From: Caecitellus pseudoparvulus
Lineage: Eukaryota > Protista > Bigyra: Bicosoecida
NCBI GenBank assembly: GCA_965644315.1
Contig: CBFFRQ010000064.1
Span: 186,001 to 250,000, forward strand
Direction: 5' to 3'
Length of the DNA stretch: 64,000 nt
Below the pieces are notes generated by a model, which was given only the letters and a program-made list of their open reading frames with translations, made no database searches and was not told the origin of the DNA. Shown here piece by piece: positions 8,611 through 20,220 of the stretch. The position numbers and the translations under genes are program-made. How positions within the stretch are numbered: position 1 is the stretch's first letter; each line of letters starts with the position of its first letter.

Positions 8611-11130
8611 ATGGCTCTCGACCGCTTGCGGGAAGCCAGCCAGCGCACGAGCGATGTTTTCAAGATGTTCAGCATGGGAAAAGCAGCCCCCTCCCCCACT
8701 GCAGCGTCGAAAGGTTCGTCCCACGATGAAGCTTGAGTGCAAGGCGCTGCCACTGTGCAGTGTGCGTCGCGCTCTTGTGCAGGGGGCCCGACAGCGGCGC
8801 CATCTGCAGAGAGCAAACTCGTGGAGATCTGCGAAAAGTTTGAGCTGCACGGGGGTCCTTTCATCACTGACATCATCATGGCCCGAGCTGGAGACCGCAT
8901 GCTGGGGGGCCTGGAGGACCAAGCCACTTTACAAATGACGTGGTACCGCCAAGCTGGTGGGGGCGACTTTGATGAGCTACCTGGCGTGAAGGGCGGCTTT
9001 TACCAACCCAGCGCCGACGACATCGGCGCTCGGGTGCTGTGTCGTGCGACAGCTCTGGAAGACGAAGGTATGTCAGCATTCGGGGAGTGGGGTCCGCTGG
9101 CTGCCCCGCCAGACCTCACGCGCCGTGTGGAGGATGCCATTGAGAAGGGTGCCATCGCCCTGCCAGTGGAGCGAGAGGGCACCTTTAACTGCCAGCGCAC
9201 TCTGCAGTGCGGCCCTGCTGCCCTCCTGCTCAAGGACCGAGCGGCCACAGTGGACGCGGCAGAGGGGGGCGAGGACGAGGCTGTGCCGCCGACTGCGCCA
9301 GCACCAGGTGCTGCAGGCGAGTCGGAGGCACCTGACCTGGACCAAGCTCTGTTCTGCCCACTGGTGCCTGGTGTCCAGCTTCTACTGACGGCTGCCGACG
9401 TGCGGGGTGCCACGCTGGTCCTGCCGCAGGGGACTTGGGCTGCGGGGGGTGCCCAGCTGGGCATGGATGGCCCCACCCGCGTGCCCCTGAAGTTCCTGAA
9501 GCCGCAAGACCGAGATGCATGTGCTCTTGTCCTGCGCCAGTGGATTGAAGGGGTGGAAGACGCCCCTGCGCACGAAGGATCCACTGCTGAGGCATTTGGA
9601 GAAGCGGCTGAAGCAGCCAGCGCAGAGGAGCAGGAGCTCGATGAACAGATTGGCGACACCTGCGACGTGGATGGCACTGGTGGGAGTGGTGCGGACTCTG
9701 CCACGTCCAGCCAAGAGTCAGCGGCATTGCAGCAGGAGGTGCAAGCGCTCCGAAGCCGGCTTGCCGATGCGACACGGGCGCTGGACGCGGCACAGACCAA
9801 AGCAGCCGCAGCGAAGAAGCAAGCTCAAGAGGCGAAGCGAGAGCTCAAGTCCAGCACTGCCCAAGTGACGGCCCTTCAGGCATCGCTCTCGGAAGCCCGG
9901 ACGGCGGCTGATACCCTCCGACGTGCCAAGGAAAAGCTAGAGGTGGAGGTTGCCGGTGCCAGCAGCAGCGCCAAGCAAAGCGGCGCAGATGCTGCGGCCA
10001 AGGCGACCCTCATCAAGAGCTTGCGAGGGCGGCTGGAAGAGGCTGAGGCAGATACGGCACATGAGCGTGCAGCAGCGCAGGACGCGGCATCTCGTGCCGA
10101 CGCCTTGGCCAAGCGCGTGGCCGAGTTGGAGGCCAACTTGGAGGCTGCTGCTGCCAATGCCAGTGAACACGAGGAGGCCAGCCGTGAGGGCAGCCGGGCC
10201 CTGGAACAGGTGAAAGTGCAGCTTTCTGCGGCTGAGGCAGCACGGGATGAGGCGCAAGCTGCGGCTGTTGGTGCCAAGCATAAAGTGAAGGCGTTGGAGG
10301 GGGAGGTGGTGTCCCTGCGAGGAGCCCTGGCTGAAGCCCGGAGTAGCGCTGCTGAGGCCACGTCGGCAGCCAAGGAAGCAGTGCTGGCACAGGAGCGTGC
10401 CAAGAAGCAGGTGGAGACCCTTGAGCAGGAGCTTGACTCCGCGAAGGCAGAAGTGGAGCAAGCACAAGCACAGCTTGCCCAGCTGAGGCTGCAAGCTGAC
10501 CGGCTCGAAGCTGCTGAGGCGGAGCTGGCCACCGCCACGAGCGAGCTGGGGCACCTCAGGGATAGCTTGGACGACGTCACTGCAGAACGCAACTCGCTGA
10601 AGCGCAAGGTGACGAGCCTAAAGCGGGACTTGGCCAAGACTCGGGCTCCCCCGCCGGTGGCCGCCACGCCACCACCTGCCGCAGCAGCGGCGCAAGACAG
10701 CGTCTCCGACCTGAAGCAACAGCTTGCTGCGTTGCGTGCTGAGAACGGAGCGTTGAAGGCTGCCGCGGCCAAAGCTTCGCCACCCGCCCCGCAGACCTCC
10801 ACCTCTGGCTGGCTCTCTGGCACTGTGCCCCCCCGACAAGCGAGTGGCTCTGGCTCGTACGGCGGAGTGAAGGCGGCAGCAGGTGGTCGTGGCACTGTGC
10901 GCACGGCACCAGCCACGTCCTTGTCGCTGCACCCCGGCAGCCTGGCCAGCAGCAGCCCAGCGGGCAGCAATGGCGAGGTGGTGCGTGAGCTACGCCGCCT
11001 GGTGGCCGACCTGACTTCCGAGCTGCAAGACCGCGACGAGCTGATTGGGCACCACAAGGCCACCAAGGCTGCCTTGGCGTCCCGCATCACGGCCTTGGAA
11101 GCCCAGCTGGCAGGTGGCAGCGAGGAGTGA
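8611..11130 (+). CDS. Ig-like (AIR9/SCAB-type) + PH-like domain protein with long C-terminal coiled coil; exons 8611-8713, 8783-11130
   Basis: A 69-nt intron joins MALDRLREAS... to the long ORF in frame. Motifs WYR...YQPSADDIGARV and F..PQDRDACALVLR are followed by >300 aa of heptad-rich A/E/K/Q sequence. Confidence 0.8.
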
Positions 11131-11134
11131 CAGA

Positions 11135-11142
11135 AATGCATT
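11135..11142. terminator. Palindrome AATGCATT, candidate bidirectional 3'-end signal
   Basis: In the 72-bp gap between convergent stops at 11130 and 11203. Confidence 0.45.
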
Positions 11143-11202
11143 GCGAGCATGCACGGCGGGGGCAGCCAAACTCAGGCCCGGGGGAGGGAGGCGAGAGGTC
11201 GC

Positions 11203-14200
11203 TCAGGTCAACAGCAAGCCAGGGTGGTCATGGCTGCAGGTGGGTGTGCCGTTGTTGTCACACTCAGTGATGTAGTAGTCTGTCGTGCTGCCAGGCGTCA
11301 GGCGCAGCTTGATGTCGTGGCGGTGCATGTTATTGGTGCTGGTGGCGGTGGTGACCTCCTCGCCGGCTGTGAGGGAGTTTAGGTCTGCCTGGTCCAGGTA
11401 GATGTAGTGCTTGTGCAGGCCGCCAGAGGTGCTGTCGCCCATTTGCAGGCGGCGCTCCTCCAGCACAGGGATGGCCACGTCTCCGTTAATGCCTGCCGCA
11501 TCGCCAGTGCTGACGATGGCTTGCAGGGCCTTCACCTCCTGCCACACGACGTTCGTGGACACGTGCACGGGGGGAATGGGCCAGCGCTGGCGCACAGCTG
11601 GAGCTGCGTAGGGGATGTGCTGGGACACACCCGCGATAAGAGGGAAGTTGATCCAGTGCCCAGATGCCACGCACCGGCGGATGGTGGTGGGGTCATCGGG
11701 GTGCACGACGCCCACGGCGCCGACAGAGGTGTCTGCGGCGTCCCCCTCTTCGAAACCCGCGAAGAACTCCTCCGGGGTGCGATAGAAGATCGTGCGGGAA
11801 GAGCCCAGGTACGCGCGGGAAGCTGTTGTTAGGTGCCCATTCCTGCCACCTTGCTTTGGTGAGTTGGAGTTGCTCGCGTCGTAGGGGAAGTTGTACGGGT
11901 TCCACTTCGTGAGAGGCGTCGTGTAGATGATCTCCAGGGGGATGGCAAACGTGGCCCTCGCTGGGCCCGTCTCCAGCTCCAGCGACGCAACCTGACGGTG
12001 GGAGGTCTGGGCCACCCACATCGTAGCATCCTTGAAGCCGCGACGCCGAACAGAGCGCCCCATAGCGCCGGCCAGTGCAACTCGGTAGTAGCGGTTGTAG
12101 TGCGTCATGTCCAGCTCAGCCGCCACGGTGGGTGGGCTGAAAGGGTACGCAGACTCATTCACTCCGCCCTGATCGGGAATTCGCTCGTACAGGGGTGGCT
12201 CCACAACACGATGGGAGTTCAAGCCTGACACCTGCTCCATGAGCTTGTCCAAGTAATCCTCGCTCAGGCTGCCGTACCGGCGGTTGTTGATGCCCCACGT
12301 GCCGGTGCCCACGTACGGGTTCAGCTCAAAGCGTGCCGCACGGGAGCGGCCCAGTGTGTCAAGGTTGGCAGGCCGGTAGCTCTGCATCTGCGCGTGCAGG
12401 TCAGCTGCGATGCGGAAGCGCACCAGCTCCACATCATCGTTCAGGGGCTGGCAGGCGATGCGGTAGGTCCACCGAGCCACGATGGGCTCCAAGCCCTCCT
12501 TCATGTCCCACAGGCGAGTGGGCAGGAAGGGGATGTTCTCACGGGTGTTCTTGCGCCCCAGGTACGCCAGGAAGCGGTACTTGCGGTACAAGTCGTCCCA
12601 GCTGTCAGCCTCAATGGTGTGGCGGTCGGAAGAGAAGGGGTCCTCCAGGTCTTGATCGACCTCCCACCAGCCTTCCAGGTAGCACAGCACGGGCTTGAAG
12701 TAGTTCTTGTACGCCCGGATGCCTTCGTCTTGCCGAGTCCACGCGTTGAAGTAGGCTCGCATTTCCTCCACTTCGCACGTAACGTTGCCAGCGCAGCCCA
12801 GAACCTCAGGGGGCACGTCAGGGTACTCGATCTCCTTCAAGGACTTGTACCGTGTGTTCGCAGGGTCAGGCGTGCGCAGGCGGTAGTCGTTATGACGCGT
12901 CCAGAACTCCACACCGTTTAGTGCAGCAGAGATCTCACCCATGCCAACGGTATCTCGCAGGTTGGCATGGTCGTGGATGGACATGATCGAGCGGTAGCCA
13001 CTGACGTGAGTGCCTTCAAACCACGCTTCAGAACCGTGGTTGGAGGACCGAGCACCGTGGATACCGGAGTTGCCCACTTGGCGCAGGCGCTGCTCTCGCA
13101 TCTCAGCGGACACCACAGACACCATGCCAATGCGGCCCAGCATGAACTTCAGGCGGTTGACCTCTGCGCTAGCGTTGGCGATCAAGGGCGTGTCGGTGTT
13201 GATTGAGTCCAGGCGGCTTGTCAGCGTGGCCACGTCAGCTGAAACATCCGACTCCAGGTCGTCCAGGGAGTCCTCAGTCGCTGATAGGCGGCTGGAGTGC
13301 ACCCACAAGGTAGAGTTCGTGCGTGCCTCGGAGGTGGCAATGAGGTGTTCCGCGTCTGCGAGGGCCAGTTTGCCTGCAAGGGCTGCCTCAGCGGCATCCA
13401 GGTCAGCCTGTGTGGCGGTCTGTGCGCTCTCGGCAGCGGCCAGACGGGCCTCAGCGGCATCCAGGTCAGCCTGTGTCGCGGTCTGTGCGCTCTCGGCAGC
13501 GGCCAGACGGGCCTCAGCGGCATCCAGGTCAGCCTGTGTCGCGGTCTGGGCGCTCTCAGCAGCGGCCAGACGGGCCTCAGCGGCATCCAGATCGGCTTGG
13601 GCACGAGCAAGTTCAGCAGACGTCGCTGACAACTGCTGAGAGGTAGTGTTCAGCTCTGCACGTGTGCTGGCCAGACTGGCTTGGTGCGCTGCCAAGTCGG
13701 CCTCGGCAGCGTCCAGGTCAGCCTGCAGACTGGCCACAGTTCCACGCAATTCTGCAATAGGGGCGTCCACTTGAGCTGCGATGAGCGCCTGAACTTGGGC
13801 GTTGGTCACGTAGTTCTCGTTGCCGCTGCCCTCCACACGAGTGCCGGGTCCTTGAGGCAGACCGTCCCCGCCTGACGCAGGGCCATTCCCGCCACCCAAA
13901 TCCACGCGAACGACAGAACCCCCTGCAGAGTTTGCAGACCCGGAGCTGCCACCGCTGCCAGAAGACCCAGATGCGCCTGCGTCCCCTGAGCCTGCTGACA
14001 CGTACGCCACCACTGCAACGACGGCACACAGCGCAAGCACTCCGGCCCCCGCCGCCACGCGACGCCACGTCACAACACCAGTGCTGGTGCTGCGGGTGGC
14101 TGCCGCAATGCGTGCAGATCGACCATGGGCAGAGGGCGTGGGGGGAGCTGGAACTGCTCCAGGTGCCGAGCCAGCCAGGGGATTCAAGGTGGCGTGGCCG

Positions 14201-14355
14201 GAAGCCAACTCATCAGCCATGCTCTGCGCAGCGCCACCACGCAGTGGGTTCTCCGTCGGGGATAGCACCGATGGGGCACGCATGCGATCAGCGCCGCTGG
14301 CATCGCTTGGCATCTTCCATGCCGGCTCAGCGGCGTCGCCAAGGCGAGTTGCCAT
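11203..14355 (-). CDS. Type II membrane protein (~1050 aa): cytoplasmic N-tail, one TM helix, Gly/Ser linker, coiled-coil repeat stalk, large uncharacterised C-terminal domain
   Basis: Intronless ORF, first ATG at 14355; TM segment VAAGAGVLALCAVVAVVAYVSA; 21-aa repeats; globular domain with SIHDH, GMGE..NGVEFWTRHNDY, CYLEGWW, AIPLEIIYTTPLTKWNP and a His-rich end. Confidence 0.88.
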   Translation of the reverse strand: MATRLGDAAEPAWKMPSDASGADRMRAPSVLSPTENPLRGGAAQSMADELASGHATLNPLAGSAPGAVPAPPTPSAHGRSARIAAATRSTSTGVVTWRRVAAGAGVLALCAVVAVVAYVSAGSGDAGASGSSGSGGSSGSANSAGGSVVRVDLGGGNGPASGGDGLPQGPGTRVEGSGNENYVTNAQVQALIAAQVDAPIAELRGTVASLQADLDAAEADLAAHQASLASTRAELNTTSQQLSATSAELARAQADLDAAEARLAAAESAQTATQADLDAAEARLAAAESAQTATQADLDAAEARLAAAESAQTATQADLDAAEAALAGKLALADAEHLIATSEARTNSTLWVHSSRLSATEDSLDDLESDVSADVATLTSRLDSINTDTPLIANASAEVNRLKFMLGRIGMVSVVSAEMREQRLRQVGNSGIHGARSSNHGSEAWFEGTHVSGYRSIMSIHDHANLRDTVGMGEISAALNGVEFWTRHNDYRLRTPDPANTRYKSLKEIEYPDVPPEVLGCAGNVTCEVEEMRAYFNAWTRQDEGIRAYKNYFKPVLCYLEGWWEVDQDLEDPFSSDRHTIEADSWDDLYRKYRFLAYLGRKNTRENIPFLPTRLWDMKEGLEPIVARWTYRIACQPLNDDVELVRFRIAADLHAQMQSYRPANLDTLGRSRAARFELNPYVGTGTWGINNRRYGSLSEDYLDKLMEQVSGLNSHRVVEPPLYERIPDQGGVNESAYPFSPPTVAAELDMTHYNRYYRVALAGAMGRSVRRRGFKDATMWVAQTSHRQVASLELETGPARATFAIPLEIIYTTPLTKWNPYNFPYDASNSNSPKQGGRNGHLTTASRAYLGSSRTIFYRTPEEFFAGFEEGDAADTSVGAVGVVHPDDPTTIRRCVASGHWINFPLIAGVSQHIPYAAPAVRQRWPIPPVHVSTNVVWQEVKALQAIVSTGDAAGINGDVAIPVLEERRLQMGDSTSGGLHKHYIYLDQADLNSLTAGEEVTTATSTNNMHRHDIKLRLTPGSTTDYYITECDNNGTPTCSHDHPGLLLT
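13385..13598. repeat. Coding tandem repeat, 63-bp unit x ~3.4 (ADLDAAEARLAAAESAQTATQ on the minus strand)
   Basis: GCCTCAGCGGCATCCAG recurs at 13385, 13448, 13511 and 13574 with only a few substitutions. Confidence 0.95.
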
Positions 14356-14971
14356 TCTCTCCGGGTGGTGGTGGCGAAACACCAACTGCTCAGGATACAA
14401 CGGCCTCCCAAGCGAACGCAGGGGCTGTAGCACGATGCTTGCTGGAACTCAAAGGTTGCACGAGTCGGTGAAGATGTCACCGGCGAGTGTTTTGCCCCGT
14501 CGCCCGAAATGCTGCCTACAGAGTGGCCAGACACCGGAGCAGCCCGCACCAACCCGTGATGGAGACCAGGGAGCTCCTCGCACGGGCCGACCGCGTGAAG
14601 AGCACAGCCAGGGACTGCGCTGGTCAGCATACGCACTGTCAACGAAACCTTCTTGCCAGCACTCCACTTCCCTGGCCGGCGTGCCCTCGGCTCCGGTGGT
14701 GTAGGCAGGGAAAGAGCATGGCTCCAGCGCGAGAAACGCCCTTAGTCATCCAGCAAGCGAGGGGTGTGGAGGGGGGTGTGCAGGTCACGGTGTTTGCCTT
14801 CTCTGCCACAGCGCCCACGCCGGAACAACAACAAGACCCCCAGTCTGCACCAACCACAAAGCTGCCTGGAACGGCAACCCTGTGCATCTGCATCGTGTGT
14901 CAGTGCCCTTGGCGCCCCTGCGACGTGGGCAGATATCCAAGCGTCGGTCGGAGGCGGGCTCGCAGCTCAGC

Positions 14972-17471
14972 ATGGAAGAGCAGCAGCACATTTACGTGTC
15001 TGGAGCCGCCAACTACGTCGGGAAAGCTGTGGTTGCAGCCTTCCTGGGCGAGGCGGCGCCTGGTGAGGTGCACATCACGGGGAGTGTGCACAGTGGGCAG
15101 GATGTGCCAGCTGCCCTCGTCGAGTCGGCAAAGGTGCGGCGTCGTGCACTAGGCAGTGGCGGCCACGGAGCACCACGCCACTGCTCTCCTGCAGATCGGC
15201 ACCGAAGGGACCATCGACCTCGCCATCGCGGCCAGCACCATCGTAGTGGACTTGCATGGCGAACCGGAGGAGGCAGCTGCGGTAATTGCAGGTACGCTCC
15301 TCTGCCACAGTTGACGGCTGCCTGATAGTCCGGCGCTTCTCACAACGAAGGCGTCTCTTGCTTGCAGCACTCCGAGAGTGTACTGGAGGGGAGCGCACTT
15401 TGATTGCTGTGTCGTCCATCTTGACCTGGGCGCAGACAACTCGGCCAAGGGTGCGTCGGCCTCGAGGCGCGATGACAGCTCGAAGCTCCGCAGCACTGAG
15501 CACCTTTCCTTTCCCCGCCCCCCGCAGTCTGGCGGAGACATCACAGAGAGCCGCTGGCGCAAACGCAGGCCTGATCCTGGCTTCCAGTCCATGAAAACGC
15601 TGGAAACGCACGCGCTCAGCTTGCAACGGGATGGCCTACGAGTGCACGTCGTCGCGGCTGGCGTGCTGTATGGTGACGGGGAGCAGGCGCTGGCGCCCGT
15701 CTTCAAGCAGGCATGGCTGACAGAGACAGACACCGTCACAGTGCCAGCGGCAGACGGTGTGGGGGGCAACCACCTGCCCATGATTCATGTCCGGGACTTG
15801 GCTGGCACTGTGGCTGCAGCGGCGCGAGAGGAGGGCTTGGACACGCCCTACCTCCTAGCTGTAGATGAAGGGCGCCAGACGCTGGCACAGGCCACCCTGG
15901 CCGTTGCGCGCACCATGTCCCTGGGCAGGGTGTACTTCCCTCCCCGCCCCGAGGCAGAGGCTCTCGTGCTCGCCTCGAAAGCCCTGGCCGAGCTGCAGGT
16001 GAACCTTCGCCTGGATGTCGCCGACGCCACACCCCTCTCGCTGCCCTTCGACTGGCACGCCAGAGAGGGCTTCCGTGCCAATGCCGCGTCGCTGGCTGCC
16101 GAGTACGCCGCTGCGCGTCGCCTGGAACCGGTGCGCATCGTGGTGACCGGCCCCCCTCTGAGCGGCAAGTCCACTCTCGCCGCCGCCCTGGCTGCCGAGT
16201 ACTGCGTGCCGGTCATCACACCACTGCAGGCAGTGCAGGCTCTGGCCAGTGACCCCCCCCAGCTGGCGGGCAGTGACAGCGCCCAGCCGCTGCCTGGCAC
16301 TGTTCAGGTGGCGGGGCAGGCGGCGGATGAAGCAGAGGAGGTGGGAGCTGGCAAAGAGGCCGATGCCGAGGATAGCAAGGAGGCGGAGGTGGAGGAGGAA
16401 GAGGAGGAAGAGGAGGAAGAGCCCTCTGCTTTTCAGCGGGCTGAGGAGGCGCTGCGGGAGGTTGTGCGTGCCGCCCTCACTTCGTCGGGGGCAGCCAGCG
16501 GCGGTGGCGGCACGTGGTCCGTCTCTCACGCGGCCGCGCTGGCACTCCCCCGGAAACTGCTGGCGCGGGCTGTGCGCCACGAGGCCATGCGACCCGAGGC
16601 CAGGAACCGCGGGTGGGTGCTGGACGGCTTCCCCACCAGCGTGGAGGAGGCCCGCATCTTATTTGGAGAGCTGGACGATGAGGCGGAGGACTTCGAAGAG
16701 CTGGCGGAGGAGGAGGGAGGTGGAGCCGGTGGCCGGGCCCGAGGCAAGAAAGGCCGCGTGCCCCTGGAAGACGAGGAGGATGATGAAGAGCAAGTGCCCA
16801 TTGAGTTGGACTCGCGCATGGCCCCTCGCGCAGTACTGGGCGTGGCTGTGGACGACACCACGTTGGAAGCCCGGTGCGCCGCTGTGCCTGTGGACACCAT
16901 CATCCCGGGGTACAACGATGCAGATGGCTTGGCGACCCGGACAGAGGAGTTCCATGCCCACAACAAGGATGATGGTGCCCGCTCCCTCGTCGTGTTCTTC
17001 GAGAACAGCGCGGCGCTGGAGATCGTGCCCGTGTCAGGCCAGGCACAGACAGCAGCGCTGGCCCTCGCTCCTGCCCTCCCCGTCATCGACGGGACAAGCC
17101 GCCCATACAACTTCCATCCGACGCCCGCAGAGCTGGCCACCAAGGCCCTCGCCGCGGAGGAGGAGGAGGTGCGCGCTGCCGCCCGAGCTGCTGCAGCTGC
17201 TCAAACCCTGGAAAGCGACGAACAGCGCGAACTGCAAGCAAGAGATGCTGAGCGAGCCAAGCGCCTCGCAGCTGTGGCAGCACATGAGCGGGACCTTCTA
17301 GAGTTGCGCACAGTGCCGCTTCGCTCATACCTTGTGTCCACAGTCGTGCCGACGCTGACTGAAGGCCTGGCGGAGGTGTGCAAAGTGGCCCCCGCAGACC
17401 CCATCGCCCACCTGGCAGAGTACTTGTACCGTGCCAGTCAAAGCGAGGGGGAAGCTGCCACAGCCATGTGA
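14972..17471 (+). CDS. AK7: Adenylate kinase 7-like ciliary protein; exons 14972-15133, 15195-15291, 15368-15450, 15528-17471
   Basis: Three in-phase introns (61, 76, 77 nt); N-terminal Rossmann-like part (AVSSILTWAQT, GVLYGDGE, LPMIHVRDLA), P-loop GPPLSGKS, NRGWVLDGFP and a C-terminal Dpy-30 motif (PLRSYL..VVPTLTEGL..PADPIAHLAEYL). Confidence 0.92.
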
Positions 17472-17512
17472 GGCTCCTGCCTGCAGTGTATTTTCTCATA
17501 ATGCAGAGACAC

Positions 17513-18920
17513 CTACCCCACTGTGCCCTCACGCAGTGTGGGGGCCGTGATGGGCCCGCCGCTGGTCATGAAGGGCACTCCCTTCCAGCACGCCACACCA
17601 TCGGCGTTGAGGGCCAGATCCGGCAGCACCTTGTCCAGGATCTTCTTCTTCGCCATGCGGTTGGGGGGCTCAATGGCAGCGGGGTGTCCCTCGAAGGTCA
17701 CCACCTCCCCGTTGGGGACTCCCTCGGGTGGCGTGAGCAGCTCCACGGACGTCTTGCCGGGGGCGGAGGCGCAGATGACCATGCCGTTGGATGGGAAGTT
17801 GGCCAGAGGGCGAGGCTTGAGGTTGGTGAATACCAGCACACGGGCACCCTGCAGCTTCTCCAGGGGCATGAAGTTCCGCAAGCCTGACGCGATCTGGCGA
17901 GGCGCGTCCTCCCCGACGTCAATCTCCTCGCAGTACAACGTGTCCGCCTCGGGGTGAACCCAGGCTTTGGTAATGGTGCCCACCTTGAACTCGCACTTGG
18001 CAATGTGCTCCACCTCTGCAGCACCGCTGTCCTTCTTCGCGCCGCCGCCACCCTTCTTCTTCTCCTTCTTTGACTTCTTCTCCTTCTTGCCGCTCGCCTG
18101 CTTGCCCCCGTCCCCTCCCGCAGGAACAGCGGGGGGTGCACCGCCCGAAGCTGCTGCTGCTGCAGCAGCGGCTGGCACGCCCTGGCCCTCTGTTGCTCCA
18201 GGAGCCGCTGCGCCGGCATCCCCGCCAGTCGCCTGCGCTTTGGCAACGCTGTACCGGAAAGTGCGTGCTGGGCCCGCCACGAACGGGAGGGCCGTGTCCA
18301 CACCAGCGGCTGCCAGCTCAGCTTGCACCTGGGCAAACCAGCGGGAAAAGTGCGGCTTCGCGCCCTGCTGAGAAGGCGACATGCCGACAAACGCGCCGTG
18401 CAGCGCAGCGAAAGACACAACATCGGCGATGCTCAGGGCCGGGCCTGCCAAGTAGCTCTGGCTAGCCAGGCACTGGTCCACATCTGTCACAGCGCTGGGC
18501 TGAGTCGCAGCATCGGAGAGAGCAAACTGCAGCCACTGGCTTGTCTGTGGCAAGTGGCAAAACCGAAGAGGTTTGGAGCGTGAGCAAGCTCTCGCCACAG
18601 CTGCAAGCGAACGCACCTGAGCAGCGTTAAAGGCGGCTCCTGTCCCGGAAACACCCAGCTTCGCTGCATCAGCGAGTGCTTTCACAATCGTTGCGGGCTG
18701 CTTGAAAGCAACTCCCCCAGTTCGGAGCTCGGTAGTCTGCGCGGCACGTGCAAGTGGGCGGAAATTGAGCCACAGCACACCGAGTCGTGGAACTGCATGC
18801 ACTCACAGATCCAGAGCACACGTCGACTGCAATGGAAGTCACGGCTTTCACGTAGTTTGCAGCGATCACAAGAGCCTGGGTCCCTTTCTGGGCGGCCTTC
18901 AGTGTCAGGGAGACAGCCAT
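17513..18920 (-). CDS. Aminoacyl-tRNA synthetase cofactor, Arc1p/AIMP1-like (GST-C domain, Lys-rich linker, EMAPII-like tRNA-binding domain); exons 18920-18807, 18736-18617, 18544-17513
   Basis: GST-like YLAGPALSIAD...RWFAQVQ; OB fold VGTITKAWVHPEADTLYCEEIDVGE..RQIASGL, NLKP, SNGMVICA; two introns (70, 72 nt). Confidence 0.9.
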
Positions 18921-19296
18921 GGCGCTGAGGTGAACACCTGCTTGTGGACGGAGTCTGGCGAGGTGGTGCAGATTGACGTGCACGAAGCCTTCTAGTCCAG
19001 GGAGTGTGCTAGAAAGTTGGAATTTGTGCAGCCCCTACACCCCGAGCCGTTGCGGGCCATGCTTGTAGCTCTCACAGCGAGGAGCTTGGAGCCAGTAGCG
19101 CTGCGGACAGGGCACACCTCCCCCTTTGGAGATCCGTGAATTCAGTGAGACCCTGCACAATTCTACCCAATCAAATTGCCCGAGCGACTGTCGCACTCGG
19201 CTCTCCGTCACCGCTGCAGCACTGCGCTGAGCAAACTCGCCAGCTTCCCCGGCGCACGCCTCACCACGCCAGAGCCCAACTCCCACTGCGTCAGCG

Positions 19297-20105
19297 ATGG
19301 GGCTGCTTGACCTCTTGCGCAAGTTGAAGAAGACAGAGAAGGAGGCACGAGTCCTCGTGCTGGGCCTTGACAATGCTGGCAAGACCACCATCCTGAAGGC
19401 CCTGTCTGAGGAAGACATCACGCAGTGCGTGCACCAGCTTCCGCTGCGCCGGAGCCGTTTGCCCCTGTGAACCCCTGCTGCGGCACATGTGCCCCTCCAC
19501 AGCATCATGCCTACCCAAGGCTTCAACATCAAGAGTCTGCAGAAGGACGGCTTCAAGCTGAATGTGTGGGACGTCGGTGGTGCGTGGCAACGGACAAGAA
19601 AAGTCTCCAGCATTCACCGCGCACTCCTGACGCACGCGAGGCCCATGCGCAGGTCAGAAGGCCATCCGCCCATACTGGAGGAACTACTATGACAACACTG
19701 ATGCCTTGGTACGTTGTCTCGTGGCGGAGCATTGCCTGCTGCTGCAGCACTTGAATCGACCCAGTAGCGCCGCAACGCCCCCCTGCCTCCACACTCCCCC
19801 AGGTGTTTGTCATTGACAGTGCGGACCAAGACCGCCTGGAGGAGGTCAACGCGGAGATGACCAAGCTGCTCACTGACGAAGACAAGCTTGCCGGCGTTCC
19901 TCTGCTCGTCTTCGCCAACAAGCAGGACTTGCTCTCCGCCATGTCTGCCGAGGACATTGCCACTGGCCTCAACCTGCATGGCATCAAGGACCGCTCATGG
20001 CAGATCCAAGCTTGCTCTGCAAAGGGTGGTGAGGGTTTGCAGGATGGCATGGAGTGGCTCGTGCAGATCATCCAAGAGCGTGAAGGAGAGGCAGCGAAAA
20101 AGTAG
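19297..20105 (+). CDS. ARL3: ADP-ribosylation factor-like GTPase 3; exons 19297-19424, 19503-19579, 19653-19708, 19803-20105
   Basis: [57 protein letters not shown] and WQIQACSA are ARL3-type motifs; three in-phase introns. Confidence 0.96.
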
Positions 20106-20220
20106 GCTGTCCTGAATTCAGTGTCCTCCCACCTCCACACCTCAGCCAAAACCACGAATCTGCGGCCACGTACTGCTTTTGGCAAGGTCCATTGCCAAAC
20201 TGCAGAACGTGTTGTCGTCC

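Noticed and set aside
13385-13598. 63-bp repeats as a CRISPR array or satellite
   Set aside because: No unique spacers; the repeats are in-frame coding heptads in a eukaryotic gene.
14972-20105. AK7 and ARL3 as a ciliary gene cluster
   Set aside because: Only two genes, separated by an unrelated one; compatible with chance.
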